Shown: positions 1 through 14,470, numbered from the whole stretch's first letter. The stretch: DNA of 62,071 bases, filler included, from Bipalium vagum (GCA_037834085.1; 3 parts of 3 records of this genome joined end to end with filler, not necessarily neighbours in it); one strand, 5' to 3'. Made by a program: numbers and translations. Notes: generated from the letters alone by a model not told the origin.

Positions 1-249
1 AAATAAGGAATAAATTTATATACAAATTAGTAATTTTCAATAACATTTTACTATTATTATATCTATTCAAAAATAGTACAAGGACTTTATGCGCACCCTG
101 TATAAAGAAAAAGTTGTAAATAAAATTATTGAAAAAATAAATGACATAAATAATATCTTCATTTCAATTGTAGAAAATACAAATTTTTATTATAAAAGTA
201 AAATAATTATATCTGAAGCAGAAAATTTATCATAAAAATTATAATAAAT

Positions 250-2257
250 CAAAAAGATGTTTTTATTGTAAAAAATAGATCACGATTATTTAAATGGAAA
301 ATATAGAGGAGTAGATCGCAATAAATGTTAAATCTTTTAAATTTTTTCATTTTATTTTCATAATGGATCTGGATATGATTTTCATTTATTTTTCAGAGAA
401 TTAATGACAAAAAATCTAGATTATATAAAAAATATAATTCCACATACAGATGAAGATTGTGTAAGTTTTAGTTTGAAGAATATTAGATTTTTAGATTCTT
501 TAAGAATGTGTTCAAATATTTCTGTTAAACTAATAAATTTGAAAATTGTAAATCTTGAATTAAAACCTAAGAAATCATTTTATCCTTGTGATTATATTAA
601 AGGTTCTTATAATATAATGAAGTTGATAAATTAATGTCAAATAAAATATTTTAATAATAAAATAAATGGTTCTATAACTAAAAATGATTATAATAATTTA
701 TTAATTAATATACGAATTTAATAATTTAAAGATTGTTTTATTATTTGAAATTAGATGTTTTAATTTTAGTAATTTTGTTTAAAAATTTTAGAGAAAGATG
801 TTTTAAATATTATGACATAGATTCTTGTTACTGTTATTCAGCTCTAGGTTAAAGTTGGATTACATGATTAAAACCTACAAATGTAAAAAGAATAAGTTGG
901 AATTTTCTCTGTACATGGAAATAGATATATTAAATTAAACAATAAAATAACAAATAAAGATTTGATTATTCTTATGAATCATCTAAATATGAATGGAATA
1001 AAGCTCTAAAGGATTTTAATAACGCTTGTGTCTTTTTTATTGTTCTTATTTTAAAGAAAGATATTTAAAATATTATGATGCTGACAATTTTTATTCCAGC
1101 TGTATGACAAAATATTTACCAACATGGAAAATATAAAGATAAAAATTTCATTTAAAAAAGAACTGAAAACCATAAAAATTATAGATATATTTATGTAGTT
1201 GATTTAAAATATCCTTCTGAAATAAAAGAGAAAACAAAATACTTTCTTCTATGCTCAGAAAAATTAAAAGTTAATTCTTTTTTATCTAATTATCAAATTA
1301 ATAATAAAACCTAAAATATATTTACTGAAAAATTAATGCTTATACAATTTGATAAAAAAATTTATTATTGAAGGTAGTTTATTAGATTTTTATTTAGATA
1401 TAGGAGTGATATTAAAAGTAGTACATAAGAAATTAATATTGAAAACTTCTTATTGGTTAAAACCATTTATATAATTTAATATAGAAAAAAGAAAGGAAGC
1501 TAAAAGAGATGGAGATATCTTTGTGGATTTTATTTTGAAATTATTAAATAATTCGTTTTATGGAAAAAACTTAGAAAATGTTGGGAAGCGACAAAATATA
1601 AAAATCATTATCGATTATAAAAAATTGAATTATGTTCTCCTAAATTAATATTTGAAAGATATTTTCCAAAAATATTGTTGCATGTCACATGAAAAAATGT
1701 AACATAAATTTGATAAATTTAATTATGTAGGATTTTCTGTATTGAAATATTCTAAATTAATTATGTATAATTTTGTTTATAATTGTTTAAAAAAAGAATT
1801 ATCTGGAAAATATAAAATTCATTTTGGTGATACAGATTCTTCATTTATTGAATTTATTTTTAATGAGAATGAAATTCTTAAGGACATCGAAAATAAACTG
1901 TCAAATTATTTAGGAGATGAATTATTTCAATTTAAAGATGAAAAAACAAACGATAAATTTAAAGAAGCCTGTTTTATAAAATCTAAATCTTATGCTTATG
2001 AAGTAATAGATAGTATAACTAAAGAAATATTATTTTATCAAAGAATGAAAGGTATAAATAAAATAGTTAAAACAGATTTAAATTATGTAAATGCATTAAA
2101 CGGAGAAATAATTAAGAAAACAAATCATGGAATTAAATCTTGTAAACACAATATTTATTTATATGAACAAGATAAAATTGTACTAAGTCCCTTTGACGAT
2201 AAACGTTTGATTGATAATAATAAAAATACATACTTTTCAACATGGATATATAATTAA
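250..2257 (+). pseudogene. polB: Decayed protein-primed family B DNA polymerase of a Polinton/Maverick/adintovirus-like element (copy 1)
   Basis: Ordered motifs across frameshifts and stops: CFYCK..DHDYLNGKYRGVDRNKC (EndoVII-like, ~255-328), FHNGSGYDFHL (ExoII), IRFLDSLRM, YPCDYI, YDIDSCYCYS, YYDADNFYSSCMTKYLPT (motif A, ~1071), YIYVVDLKYP, KLLNNSFYGKNLENV (motif B, ~1538), IHFGDTDS (motif C), KSKSYAY, KIVLSPFDDKR. Confidence 0.9.
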
Positions 2258-2563
2258 ATGTAAAAATTGTAAAAATTGGGTTTATAAACTAGAAGTTTTA
2301 TCTGGAAATCATTTATACGATTACCATAAAATATATTAACCCAAAGTTTTTATATAATAAATATTTCATTTATATAAAAATGAGTGAAATAGATAACAAA
2401 TATTTCTAGTTAAATACAATTTTATATTTAAAGAATTTATATTCCGATTTATTAGATTTTTAAATATCAAGTTTAGAAGATATTTATGAGAGAAGCGAAG
2501 CTTGTGTTACTATTTTACTTAGACATAGTAACGTGTGCTCGTGACTCCTCATTTTTTATAAAT

Positions 2564-3431
2564 CGTTGTGTCCGTAACTCCTCTCAACCTTTCGAATCAA
2601 AACACCCACCACAATACCGTATCCGCACCCTTAAGGACTAAATCAAAACACTAAAAATAAAACTTTGTTCGCTCTATCACAACAATTACAAATCCAAAAT
2701 CAAATCAAAACATAAATCTATCAACGTCTAAAATGGAATAAAAGACGATGTTAATAATAAAAAAAAATAATCAAATAAATAATTAATAATAATAATAATT
2801 TAATAATGAAACCGAAAACAAAATAACGTAAATGGATCGGTTTCACCCGGAGCGACAACAGGTCCCCGAGTCGTCCACTAGGTCCTTTTCAGGTCGCCTA
2901 GGGAGTCTCGACGGGACCTGCTGTAAAACCCTTTTGCGTATCTGTCATAATTTTCTGGGTTGAATCCTGTTGAATACCTCTGTCGAAAAATCCACGCAAA
3001 TGTCTCAGAATAATTCCCTTGAATCCTTCTGACGAATGATCTTCTCGAATGTCTCAGTATAATTCCCTTTGAATCCTTCTGACGAATAATCTTCTGCGTC
3101 GTTTTTTAAAAATTTTTTAAAAAAAATTTTCGCACATTTATGGGAATAGCCGTCTCTTTTTATAGTCTTAAAGATTGGTCCACGATCACCAATCCCTCCG
3201 CTTGGAGACGGTTATTTTCCGAAATACCCATTAACTATCTCCACCCCGAGATAGACTCATATCAAGACTAATGGAATCCTGTCAGGAAATCCATTAGCCT
3301 AATCTCTCGGAAAATCCCCACGGCGGGATTATGTCATAATAAAAAAATTTTCCTTTTCAAAACAAATATTTATTATTATTAATTAAAAAAGAAATTCTTC
3401 TTCTTATTATTATTATTCCTAAAACTCAACA
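2564..3431. repeat. Dispersed repeat family A (probable solo LTR) with a GC-rich hairpin and an internal ~49-bp tandem duplication
   Basis: 2843-2950 aligns by eye with 36868-36980. Tandem copies at ~2999-3047 and ~3048-3095. Ends (c/t)gttg...caaca; boundaries approximate. Confidence 0.55.
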
Positions 3432-3839
3432 ATACTTCCGATTTACAACGATTTAGACTGAAATACAAAACTTTTATTTATACATAATTGACAGCATTAA
3501 TACAATTTGGAACACAATCACTGTTTGTTATTAATTGTTTTGATCAAATCAATCCCACTTCTCCTTCGATGCTCCAGAACATTGCTTTTTGGCTCCGGCT
3601 CGTCCCAATTTAATCTTTGGATACGATTCCAAAATCCATCCCTCTCCTTTATTTGCTAACGGTTGTATTTCTGTTAGCACCTCCAAATTCGATAGCCTCC
3701 CCAGCTTTCTTCTTGTAGCTGTTCTTCGCTCTTTTTAAATGACGATGCATTTTTAGTATATATACAAGACTAAATGCCAGGTTTGCTAACACCACAGGTA
3801 ATTTTATACTTTTTTACATCAAACGTTAAAGTGTTTCTA

Positions 3840-4520
3840 AAGTGTTTCATAATTAAAAGTGTATTTTAAGGGATATCTTAACATTTATCTCTTTGAAAGC
3901 ATCCATTAATTCAGAAATAGTTTTCATGTTAAAATAAAATATTACTTTATTTAGATATCATAGCAACAAGAAAAACTTCTAAAGTTGTTAACGGGATCTA
4001 GCAAAGTGTTCACGCAAGGCATTTAGTTTAACTTAGATTCTGTTTGAAATGCATATTTTCATTAATTTGAGTATTTTTGGTCAAACCAAAATCCTTTCTT
4101 TTATTTTATTCCATGATAATTTCGGGAAATATACTTGTAATATTTGAAGCGGTTGGCCTTCGGGTTGTAAAGCCTTAATAAAATTCTTGAAAATGCCTAA
4201 CTTGATATGAAGAGCTGGCAATACGATATTCTCCACACTGACAAGTGATTCTGGTTAATATTGTATTGAACGGGTGTGCGGTTCTCACGCATTGGCAATT
4301 CTTTGACTGTATAGTGCTTATCACGTGCCATACTATCCCATAAGCACAGGAAGTAATCTTGTCTAGATTCCAATTACTTTTAGATCTCAACCCGCACTCC
4401 ATCGATAAGCATCGTAATGCAATATATCCATAAGATATTTCATGATATCATATGTTTCCGAAACCTCCCTTAAATACGCAATTGGAATGGAAGGAAATTT
4501 GTTTTCCTTAAGTCGGTGAA
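3840..4520 (-). mobile_element. Chapaev (CMC superfamily) transposase remnant
   Basis: Minus-strand pieces: NKFPSIPIAY..ETYDIMK, DLKVIG, FLCLWDSMARDKHY, IVLPALHIKLGIFKNFIKAL, FPKLSWNKIKE, ISLKIHF; many stops and frameshifts. Confidence 0.8.
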
Positions 4521-5959
4521 CAGGGTAGTGTAATTAAACACAAGGACAATTTTTATAATGAAATAAATGTCTAACATGTAACGTGACCTTTAAATTGTCA
4601 TCTTTTTTGTCTCAAATTTCTTGCGTTATACTAGAGAATCTACAGAATATAGAATAAGGAAAATAAGTCAGAATTAACATAAGGACTGGTTAATTTTAAA
4701 ATTTTTTGTTCAGCTATTTGAAATATCTAGTGCTGTTCAGGACACTGATTACCATTTTAATCATAAAATAAAATTTTAAATATGAAATCAAAATCAGAGA
4801 GCAGATCTGCAAACATTATTGTGCATGATATTTGGACGGAATGAGAATTGTTCAATTTTAGCTGTGGTCAATTTCAAAAATGTATAATTTATGTCCAAAA
4901 AACCGGAAATCATGCATTTATCAAGAGAGCATTGGAAAACTCATTTTGATATTCATCTCAACCTCAACGACAACCATAGATTCAAAGTTAAATATCATTG
5001 CAATAATTATCTTCAAATTTTTGTTCCTCAAAATATTTTATACAAAATATTACTGTTAACTTCTCATATTAATTGGCAAAACGTCGAAGGTTGCCTTTTT
5101 AAAGTTGATTAATACATAGTCTCAGTGGAGGAAATTTGATGATGCCTTGTTTTTAAGAACAATCATAACTTGGATTCCGAGGTTGATCTTAAGATTGATA
5201 TTTTCTAATCCAAAAAATAGTGGCAACGTAGTGGCCTCGACCTTAACCCACTTGAGAATTGCATTTTGAGGTTACTGTGGCAGAAATGTAAAAATTGCTA
5301 AAAAACTACAAGATCATTGAATTCCTCCAAACAGTTACTTTGAATATAATATTCAAGTTTCCCATCGATTGTGTAATCAATGCCTACTACCAATGCAGAT
5401 TCCAATGGGAGATCGTTATCGGAGCCCTTGGAATTTTAAATCCCCTCTGGTATTGAATTGAGTGATTTTAAAAAACCTCAAAATTTCACACATTTTTTAT
5501 TTTTTTTCTTGTATATTTTATTTTTATACTTTTTTATTTATGGGGAAAAAAGAAACAAAATTCTCTCCTTAAACCAGTACATCCAATATTACTTTTATTA
5601 CTTTAAATTTACGGGACTCAACCCCTAGGATTCATATAATTTATAAAAATAAAATTCAAAATTCTTTATAATAAAATAAAGAATTATAAAATTTACAAAA
5701 AATATATTCATTACATTTCTTTTTAAAAAAATAATTTGGAACTCTAATTTTATTTTTTAAATATTAATTCATTTTTTCTAACTCTATAAATTTGTTTCAT
5801 TTCTATAAAATAAAATAATAATGTAAGCAAAGTTTGTTATTTATTTTTATAAGGTTGTAAAGGGAGAACAGCTTTTTTTTATACAATTTTATATTTAAAA
5901 TTTTTTCCTTCTGATATTTCCATATCTTTTTATTCCAGACTAGAGTATTTAAAATTGTA

Positions 5960-6300
5960 CCTTTTAATCCATAAAAAAGGATCACATTAGACCACAACCG
6001 AAACATTTAATGTTAAAAACTTCGTGTTAGTTCTTGTTTCCTTTGGTTTTAATTTTTCAAAGAAGCTCTTTTCTCAGCGGAGCTCGACACTTCCATTTAT
6101 ATTTTCTTTTCCTTCAATTCTATCTCTTGCTTCTCTCTATTGTATTTATGTTTTTAATTTTTGAACAGCTGTTTCAACTTCTTCAACAACTAATAATGGA
6201 ATAACTGCTCATTTTTCGTTCGAAATTTTTTTTCAATATCTTTTTTGGAAGCTGTGCTTCTATGAGCGTTGCTCGCAACAACTTTTGAATTAAGAGCTGG
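5960..6300 (-). mobile_element. Gag-like remnant with degenerate zinc knuckle
   Basis: Charged, broken frame leading to IKCFGCGLM (start of a CCHC knuckle). Confidence 0.35.
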
Positions 6301-8379
6301 TTCTAATGTATCTTTTTATTATTATTATTAATAATAATAATAATTATTATTATTAATTTTTATACACCAGGTCCACACAATACTATAATTATCATACTAC
6401 ATAAGTCTACCTGAATAACGTTGTGTTCAAGCTTCACTCAATCATCACTCATTAGCCTTAATACTTGAATCTTCACTGAGGTTAAGGTGATCTTGACTGA
6501 TGTAATTGTCATAGTTGATTGAATTAAATTGATTAATAATTAATTTTCCAATAATTAATTCATTAATATTATCAATTATTATTGTTAATACCAATAAAAT
6601 CCTTATTTGTGGTCTTAGATAATTTTTATCCTATTACTGTTACCTGAGCTCTATTTTTAATTATTGTTACAGTTTTACATATTAATTACTTGCTGTTGTT
6701 TAATAATTATTTATAAGAAATCTTAAAGAAATATCACTTAATTTAATTATACAATTTATAAGAATTAACATTCCTAGAAATAAATTTCATGAGAAAATTA
6801 AAATTTATTTATAAAAATATCTTTTTATGCTAAAGTATAACCATTAAAATAAATTAGGTCAGATACTAAAAAACAAAAAATATTCTTCTAATGTAATTCG
6901 ACACAAAAAACTATGATCAAGGTAAATTGTCCCAAATTGGATTCTCAATTGTTTCGAACTGCATACTATGTAGAATCACGAAATTTTTTATAACAATATT
7001 TTTATTATTATTTTTAAATTCATAGCTTTAGTAGAAAAAAGAGTTGAAGCTAGGATGTAGAATCTTGATGAAGTTTACTCGATTTTGTGTATAATAGTAA
7101 TAGTACATAGTAAAAAAGAAAAATTTCTTTAAATAAAATCAGACAAATAATTTTCTTACAGATTTATATCTGAATATTTATTGTTTAAAATAAATTCAAG
7201 TTAAGGTGCATATGCTTGGATTGATTTATCTCCAGAAAGTGATAAGAAAAAGAAAATTAATCACTTGCTCAATGGATCTAAAAAAAATCTGCTCGCCTCC
7301 CTAATAAGCATTTGAGACATAAAAAGATATTGGACATGTAGGAACGGTATAAAGATATAATATCTACATTGAAATGAGAGTCAGCACTGTCTTTATTTAA
7401 ACTAGTTCAAATTGAAATTTGCGATGATTGCAGCACAGTTTTCTTATAAAAATGTTGGAATATGGTCGGTAATAATATTTTGTACCATTAGACTTAATTC
7501 AACTCTAAAGACATTCAATAAATTATTATTATTTAAATCTGAGAACACTTATAACTGATTCTGGTTAATACAGTTTAACAAGTAATATAATAAATTGATA
7601 AAAAATTACTAGCTGTTCATTTTTAAACAGTTGTCTCCTTTTTGTCTTTAAAAAGAATGTAACTTGGTTTGCAAAATTATCTGTTAACAATTATTATTGT
7701 TATCATCAATTGATTCTCGCAACCGATTTTACTGACTTCTTTGAATAAAATAATCATGATTCTGATAACTGAGGTTTCATAACTTTATCTAAACGTGTCC
7801 TTGCTTAATATCTGATGTTTAATATTGTACGGCGTGATTGTCGGATAAGCAAATTCTTAACTAAATTTAAAATTTATTTATATTAAGATCACTCTAATAA
7901 TTCATTGTCAATATGTTATTTTACGCTTGAGAATTTTCTTTGAATTATACTGGTTTTGATTGATAGGAATACATTAATGATTGCTTACAAGAATAGTCTC
8001 CACATTAATTTTTATTAATTTATATCTGTTGTCCTTAGGTGTGAAGCAAAATGATTTATTAAAATTGCTTAAGAATGAACACTAACTTTTTTAAAGTGTT
8101 CACTTCATCCTATTGTTTCTGCTTACCTTGAGAAAAGCTTATGATTATAAAATTCTCCGCAGTTTGTTTATTTTATTTGTTTGAGAACATATAGTAATCT
8201 TTATTTAGATTTTTCTTCTGTAAAGAGATTTGTTTTCTTTACATTTATTCAAAACAGGTACAAAATAGAAAGAGATATTGAAATTTTTCTCTTTGTACTA
8301 TTAGTACAAAAAATAATTATATAATCTAAAATATAACTAACATAAACACACTGCTAACTAACATCAAATTACACAAATA

Positions 8380-8755
8380 CGTTCTAACAAACTTGCAGAA
8401 GACATTGGTTCAACTCGAGGAACTATTGTTTCATCCAACACCATTCGAAATCGGTTACATGAAACAGATTATCAAGTTCGACTCCTTTCATTACCGAAAG
8501 AAAATAATAAAAGACTTGACTTTGTTAAAGATCTCATTGACAACTCTTGAATTTTGGTTTGATGTAAGTACAATAGTGTTGGTTTTGATGAAAAAATTTA
8601 TTTGGAGAAAATCTAACAGAAATTTTACTACGACTGTGAAATATGTGTTATGGTTTGGGGCTGTATTAGTGCAGCTAGGGTGGAGAACTTGTAATAATAG
8701 AAGATATTATGATTGCCCTGATATATCTTAAGATACTCAAAGGCAATTTAAGAGT
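8380..8755 (+). mobile_element. Tc1-family transposase remnant
   Basis: KKFIWRK..TTVKY, then after a frameshift VMVWGCISAA..ELVIIEDIM..YLKILKGNL. Confidence 0.75.
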
Positions 8756-9729
8756 GAATTAATTGTTAATTTATATTTGTGAAATTGTTTAGCATATTAA
8801 TAAATTCATATTTTATTATTTATGATATTTAAATTTTTAATTAAATTAAATTTTTGAATCAGTTGATGTTGAAATCCGTTGGTTCTTTCCTAGTCTGAAC
8901 TTTTCATTGTTTTAAATCTTTTTTAGTCCTATGTAATTTTGTACACGTTCTGTTGGATGGTGGCAGTTTTCACAAGTCCATTATATTTTAAAATATGTAA
9001 CACCTTCATTCATTTTGCAAGTGGCTCATATTGTAGATCTTCATTTCACTGTATAAAACTCCAAATAGTATTTAGTAATAAAAGGTATATAAATAAGATC
9101 CTACTACATATATAACAGATACCCCAATTCAGTGAATTATTTTGTTTTTTTAAGTTATAAATAAATTATCTTTATGCTTCTAAACATTTACCATTTACAT
9201 GATTTAATTAACCAATATTTATTTAATATAATTATTAAATCATTGTCTCATTAGTTAAATATTCAAACAATTATATATTTAAGTAAAAGACGCATTTCTA
9301 ATTTACCAACTTTCCCTTAAAATTCTTGTTTCGAACATTTATTCAATTTGAATTCGATTGATTTAGATTGTATAAAGACTTTCTATATGTTTCAACTGTC
9401 AACTAATTATTTAAATATGTGTAACAGACTTAACATGTATTGAGTTTAAAATTTTGCATCGCTAAACTTATTCTTAATGTTAAGATTTCACTTCAGAGAA
9501 ATTAAAAAATCGAAAAATTCAAGTCTTGATTAATTTTTTGATAATGTACAGAAATATAACTTTTTTTTATATAAAAATATTTATTATTTAGAATTTAATC
9601 TGAAATATTAATAAATAATGATAATAATAAAATAATATAAATAAATTTTAATATATAAATTTAATAAATTGTATTTATTGAATATTAATTATTTTATTAT
9701 ATTATATGATCCCTCAATGGATCATGATT

Positions 9730-9792
9730 GAGCCAGTGACTTTAAGCTGGCTGCTGGAATCGATATCTCGGAGCTTCCATTGAAAGCTGACG
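9730..9792. repeat. ~62-bp GC-richer dispersed repeat, second copy at 11522-11582
   Basis: gagccagtgactttaagctggctgctggaatcg..gagcttccattgaaagctga versus gagtcagtgacttcaagctggatgctgggatcg..gagctaccttcaaagctga. Confidence 0.7.
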
Positions 9793-10066
9793 GGAAACTA
9801 AAGATAGTTGTGATTATGAATAAAATTTGACCAACCATTTGAATTTGTTCGACACCGAAAGCGATAAATTTGACACAAACCATAAGAAATGTTACTATAT
9901 ATGCAATAATAAAATTTTTCCAAAAAATAGTGGGTTGGAAAAATAAGCCATTTTGATATTAGAAAAATCCTTTAGTAACTATTTATGAGAAATTTCTGAA
10001 AACTAAATTTTAATATCTTATCCACTCAGTATGTGGTTCACAGTTTAATATTAGATTGGTAGATAT

Positions 10067-11305
10067 TAGGCCAATCATATGTAGAAACATTTATCGGTAA
10101 GAAAAACTCGGTTAACCAATAAATTCGGTAAATTTTAAAACAGAAATGTATTATTATTTAAATTTGAATTAAAAAGAGTTTATTCACTTAATTTTTTAAA
10201 GAATTTAAATAAATATAAACGTGATATATATATATACGTTTTACCGTAGCTCAAAATAAATAATTTTATTTCAAATGTTTACCCATGTCAAAAGATTTTA
10301 TAGTGGATCTATTTCAAGAAAACATTTGATGGAAAATTTGAAACATGCACAATAAAAAACAATAATTCAATCTAAAGGAGGTTCAAGACCTGGATTGCAT
10401 AATCATTTAAAAAGTCGACACGGGATCAATTTATTAAAGAGAGGTAACATGACGGGAATTAATAAACTGTTACTAACATTTAACAATCCAATAAAAAATC
10501 ATAAATTACTTTTCTAAAATTTTTGTAGAAGCGAATTGTTACTTGAGATGGTGCTCCTCAGAAAATTTGTAAATTCAAAATATTTAAGATCTTTATTGAA
10601 ATTAAATTAAGGTTGCTGTAGAAAAGCTTTGTTTTAGTAATACAGACTTATGCATTGACAATGTCGTACAAAAATTTATGTTGGACGAATTGAGTTCTCA
10701 AAATACCACCCTTAAAGAAATATTAATTGAACGAATTAAATTAGAGAACAATAATATATATTTGAATAATCCACAGAATATAACAACAGGAAGAGATTAC
10801 GGAATTTTTAATAGGAATAAAAGCAACGTAGAAATATTATCGTTTCATGTGTGTTCAGATCAAACTATGTTAACAATGAAAGAAAAACTAAACATGCCTT
10901 CCCTGAAGTGTGAAAATTTTGTACAAAAATTCGTTCGAGATTAAACGATCAAACGCTAGATGCCTTGTGCTTACTGAGAGCACATTTTCAACGAGTACGA
11001 GAAATGAGGGACAATTATTTATCTGAATAAATATGTATTGCTAATAATAAAATAAATAAATAATAATAATAAAATAAACTTTTCCTTAAGAAATTAAAGT
11101 TAATTTTTTTTATTTAAAATGTATTAAAATAATACTATGCATTGTTTCCAGTATTTATCAATGAATTTTCAAATCAAAGTGACTTATTTATTTACTTATA
11201 ATTTACCGAATTTACCGGTAAAAATTAATAAAAAATAAATTAAAATTAAAATTAAAATAAAATTTAACGGTTTACCGAAAAAATACCGGTAAATTGATTG
11301 CCCTA
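10067..11305 (+). mobile_element. Internally deleted hAT DNA transposon with TIRs and 8-bp TSD
   Basis: TIRs taggccaatca / tgattgcccta (10 of 11 match). TSD GTAGATAT at 10059-10066 and 11306-11313. Subterminal cggtaa/ttaccg repeats. BED-finger remnant WIYFKK..C..SKGGSRPGLHNHLKSRHGI and C-terminal KIRSRLNDQTLDALCLLRAHF. Confidence 0.9.
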
Positions 11306-13158
11306 GTAGATATTGTGAAAAGATCACAGTAACAAAATCTAACAATGCAGCGACATCGAATGACCCTGTAGTACATTAGCCTAAGAATTGATAGATGGCC
11401 AGAGGTTATTTTTAAAATGATTTAGATAAACAACAATATATAATAAAACTATTTGATGATTTTTTATTTGAATCGATCTAAAGATTTAATAATAAGTAAA
11501 TGCTGATGGATGATACTAGTAGAGTCAGTGACTTCAAGCTGGATGCTGGGATCGGGTTTATTGAGCTACCTTCAAAGCTGATTGTCGCTTTGAAAAGCGT
11601 CTTCAGGTCAGTCAGTTAGAATCATAGTGTACCTGGTAGTCCCGACCTATATTGGTCATAAGAAAGCCATATCCGAAATTCTTCGTGGTATGAGTATTGT
11701 TAATAATTAATAAGTACCTGATTCATCTGACCTCAAGAGTCTAACGTTGGGTACGCAACGCTAATAATAAGCTCGTAAGTCTAACAATTTTTAATCTATA
11801 ATAATAAAGCATCAAATAATCGATTCAACACTATTGAAAATCAGAAAAATGATTGTATTTACAGTGGATTTATTTTAATAACGGAAATCGAAAACCCATT
11901 AGAACTTTAGTCTGTCTTGTGTATTCCCCAATTATCAAAATACAGTAATGGAAGGAAAATAATGAGATAGAAATGGAATCAAAAATAGTAAAATTAATTT
12001 GAAATATAACAGCACAATGCAGTGATGCATGATAGTCGCGTAAGTTAAATTTACCAGAATGTTTTTTACCCCTAAAACCAACTATTTAAACCATCGATTC
12101 TCTTTTATCAAAATTGAGTGGCTTGACCAAATTAAAAATGGATTCTTCTTTATTTCAACTCAATTTATTTAACCGAATCTCGATTAGAACACCCAAAAGA
12201 AATAATCGATCGCTTTTAAAACGAATCTTTGAAAAAGCACTTATTTTTCAATCATGAATCGACTTTATTTCTCTATAGTAAAATAACAGTTGTTTTTCAA
12301 TTAATTTTATTAACGTAAAAAATTATCTTAATTTAAAAGAATTAAACTTTATTAATAGACAAAATCAACTCTTATTTTAAAACAGTCAAATTCAACTTAC
12401 TTTACAAAGTTATCCTGATTCTCTCACAAGTAATTCACTTCTTGGAAAATAAGAAATGTAGTTTCTACACTTAATCTTCAATATTGATCAACAATATCAA
12501 TATCAATCAACACTTTTAAATTTTTCTGTTTTATTTTTCAAAATTTCCCTTTTTGTCTCTCTTTTCTTTCTCATTCCAAGAGCTTATTTAAATATGACCA
12601 TTTGGTCCAATCGGGCATCACCTCTCATAAAGAAGAGCTGATTGGTTTTCGAAAAAAAATTCTTTTCTGCCATTAAAGGCTGAATAAATCCGCTTTTATT
12701 TCCGCACTCCATTTCCATTAGCAAAGCCCTGCTTAGGACAAAAATTAATTATTAAGCAGCTAATTTATTATTAACACAATTAATTATATGGATACAAAAA
12801 ACTCGAGCATAAAGTAAGCAACTTTACTGCAAAAATGATTTATTTTGATTATATATATTATTCCTTACCAGTATTATTTTTAATCATATTTTTGTTTTAT
12901 TGATATATTATATAATATTATATAATATTAATATTAATATAATGATATATTATATAATCAATATTATTATATTGATTTTATTATCTCCCTATTTCGAGGA
13001 TAACCTTAACAGACTCACCTTTAAGGTCACATTTTAGGCATTATTCTTCATTTTCATAAAAATAATTCGAAAAATGAGAAGTGTGGATTACATTACTTTA
13101 CATCTTGCCCATAATATTGTTATATAAATAAATAAATAAATAAATAAATATAATTATA

Positions 13159-13715
13159 TACCGTTTTCATCTCTATTTTGACAACATTAAGATTATTTTT
13201 GACATTGTAAAGATCTAAATTGATAATGTAAAATTTAATTTTGAAAAAATGTTAACTACAAGAGGTTCTTAACGTTAAAAAAAATCAAAAAAGTCAATTA
13301 GAAATACATTTATTCATTAATAATTACTATGTTCACACATAAGTTCCATTAAAAATTCCTTATTTTCTGGCCTCTCTCTTCTTACAAATTCCTTCCGTTT
13401 TGAAAATAAATTTTCAAAGGGGTTTTAAAAAGGTGAGTATGGAGGAAAATAATAAACTGGAACCTTTTATCTCAATGAATTTCCTTATATTCTGTAGTTT
13501 TAATGAAAGGAACATTGTACATTATTAAAACCGATTTCAAACATTTTCCAGCAATTTTTGTTAAAGAGATCGAACAGTCTTCATCAATCCATTATTTAAT
13601 AACATTTTACTGTTCAGCCAATAATTTTGTCAAAATTAAACTTTATAAACTCAACATTAAACTTTATATTTTCAAAATAGATCTTTACAATGTCAAAATA
13701 GAGATGAAAACGGTG
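13159..13715. mobile_element. MITE (Tc1/mariner type, TA TSD)
   Basis: Perfect 24-bp inverted repeat at 13160-13183 and 13691-13714 (accgttttcatctctattttgaca), further imperfect internal symmetry, TA on both flanks. Confidence 0.85.
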
Positions 13716-13979
13716 TATACTGAATCACTATTCCTCATACTCAATAATGCTACATATATATAACTCTGATTGTATAATGTATTGTATGTAACACAAGTTC
13801 GTAGAGTTTTATAAATGGAAGAGAAACAAAATTCTAACACCAAGATACATATATTTAACCGGTAAAATATACATTATTTTGTTTGATTATTTATGGCGAT
13901 CTTTGAGGAAGCTTCATGATGTCATCCTCCCAGAATTTTTAATCTTTTCGAGCTATAATTTGATCCAGGTGGGTTTGCG

Positions 13980-14470
13980 CACGCATATCGAAATTCTTCC
14001 CGTATAGAGAATTCTGCAGAGATCTAAATAAATGGAAATCCTAAGGTGCTAAGTCGGGAGAATATGGTAGGTAACTAATTTATTTCCAACAAAACTTATC
14101 AATTTTCTGTTGGATCATGAAAGATGCGCGAAGCCTTGTATTATTCTGATGAAAGAATACCTTTCCGATTAGCCATTGCAAGTCGCCTTTCAACGATGAT
14201 AGCTTTTAATCAATCTAATTAAATACAGTACTTGGTAGAATTCAAAGTCTAAGCTTCTGAAAGAAATTCATAATATACCATGAATGTAATATAACATGTC
14301 CTTTCAATTCCGTCAAATGCAGAACACGATTTTCTTGGGATGTTAACTAGATTTTGCAATGGTTTCGAGAGGCATTTTATACCACGACCTTTTACGTATT
14401 CTATGAAAAATATTTTGGAATTACTTCGTCCACACACAAGGTGAACTAAGGTCTGTGCATTTCACTTGAC
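13980..14470 (-). mobile_element. mariner transposase remnant
   Basis: HPKKIV.., YYEFL..TLNSTKYC, FHQNNTR, PYSPDLAP*DFHLFRSLQNSLYGKNF. Confidence 0.85.
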
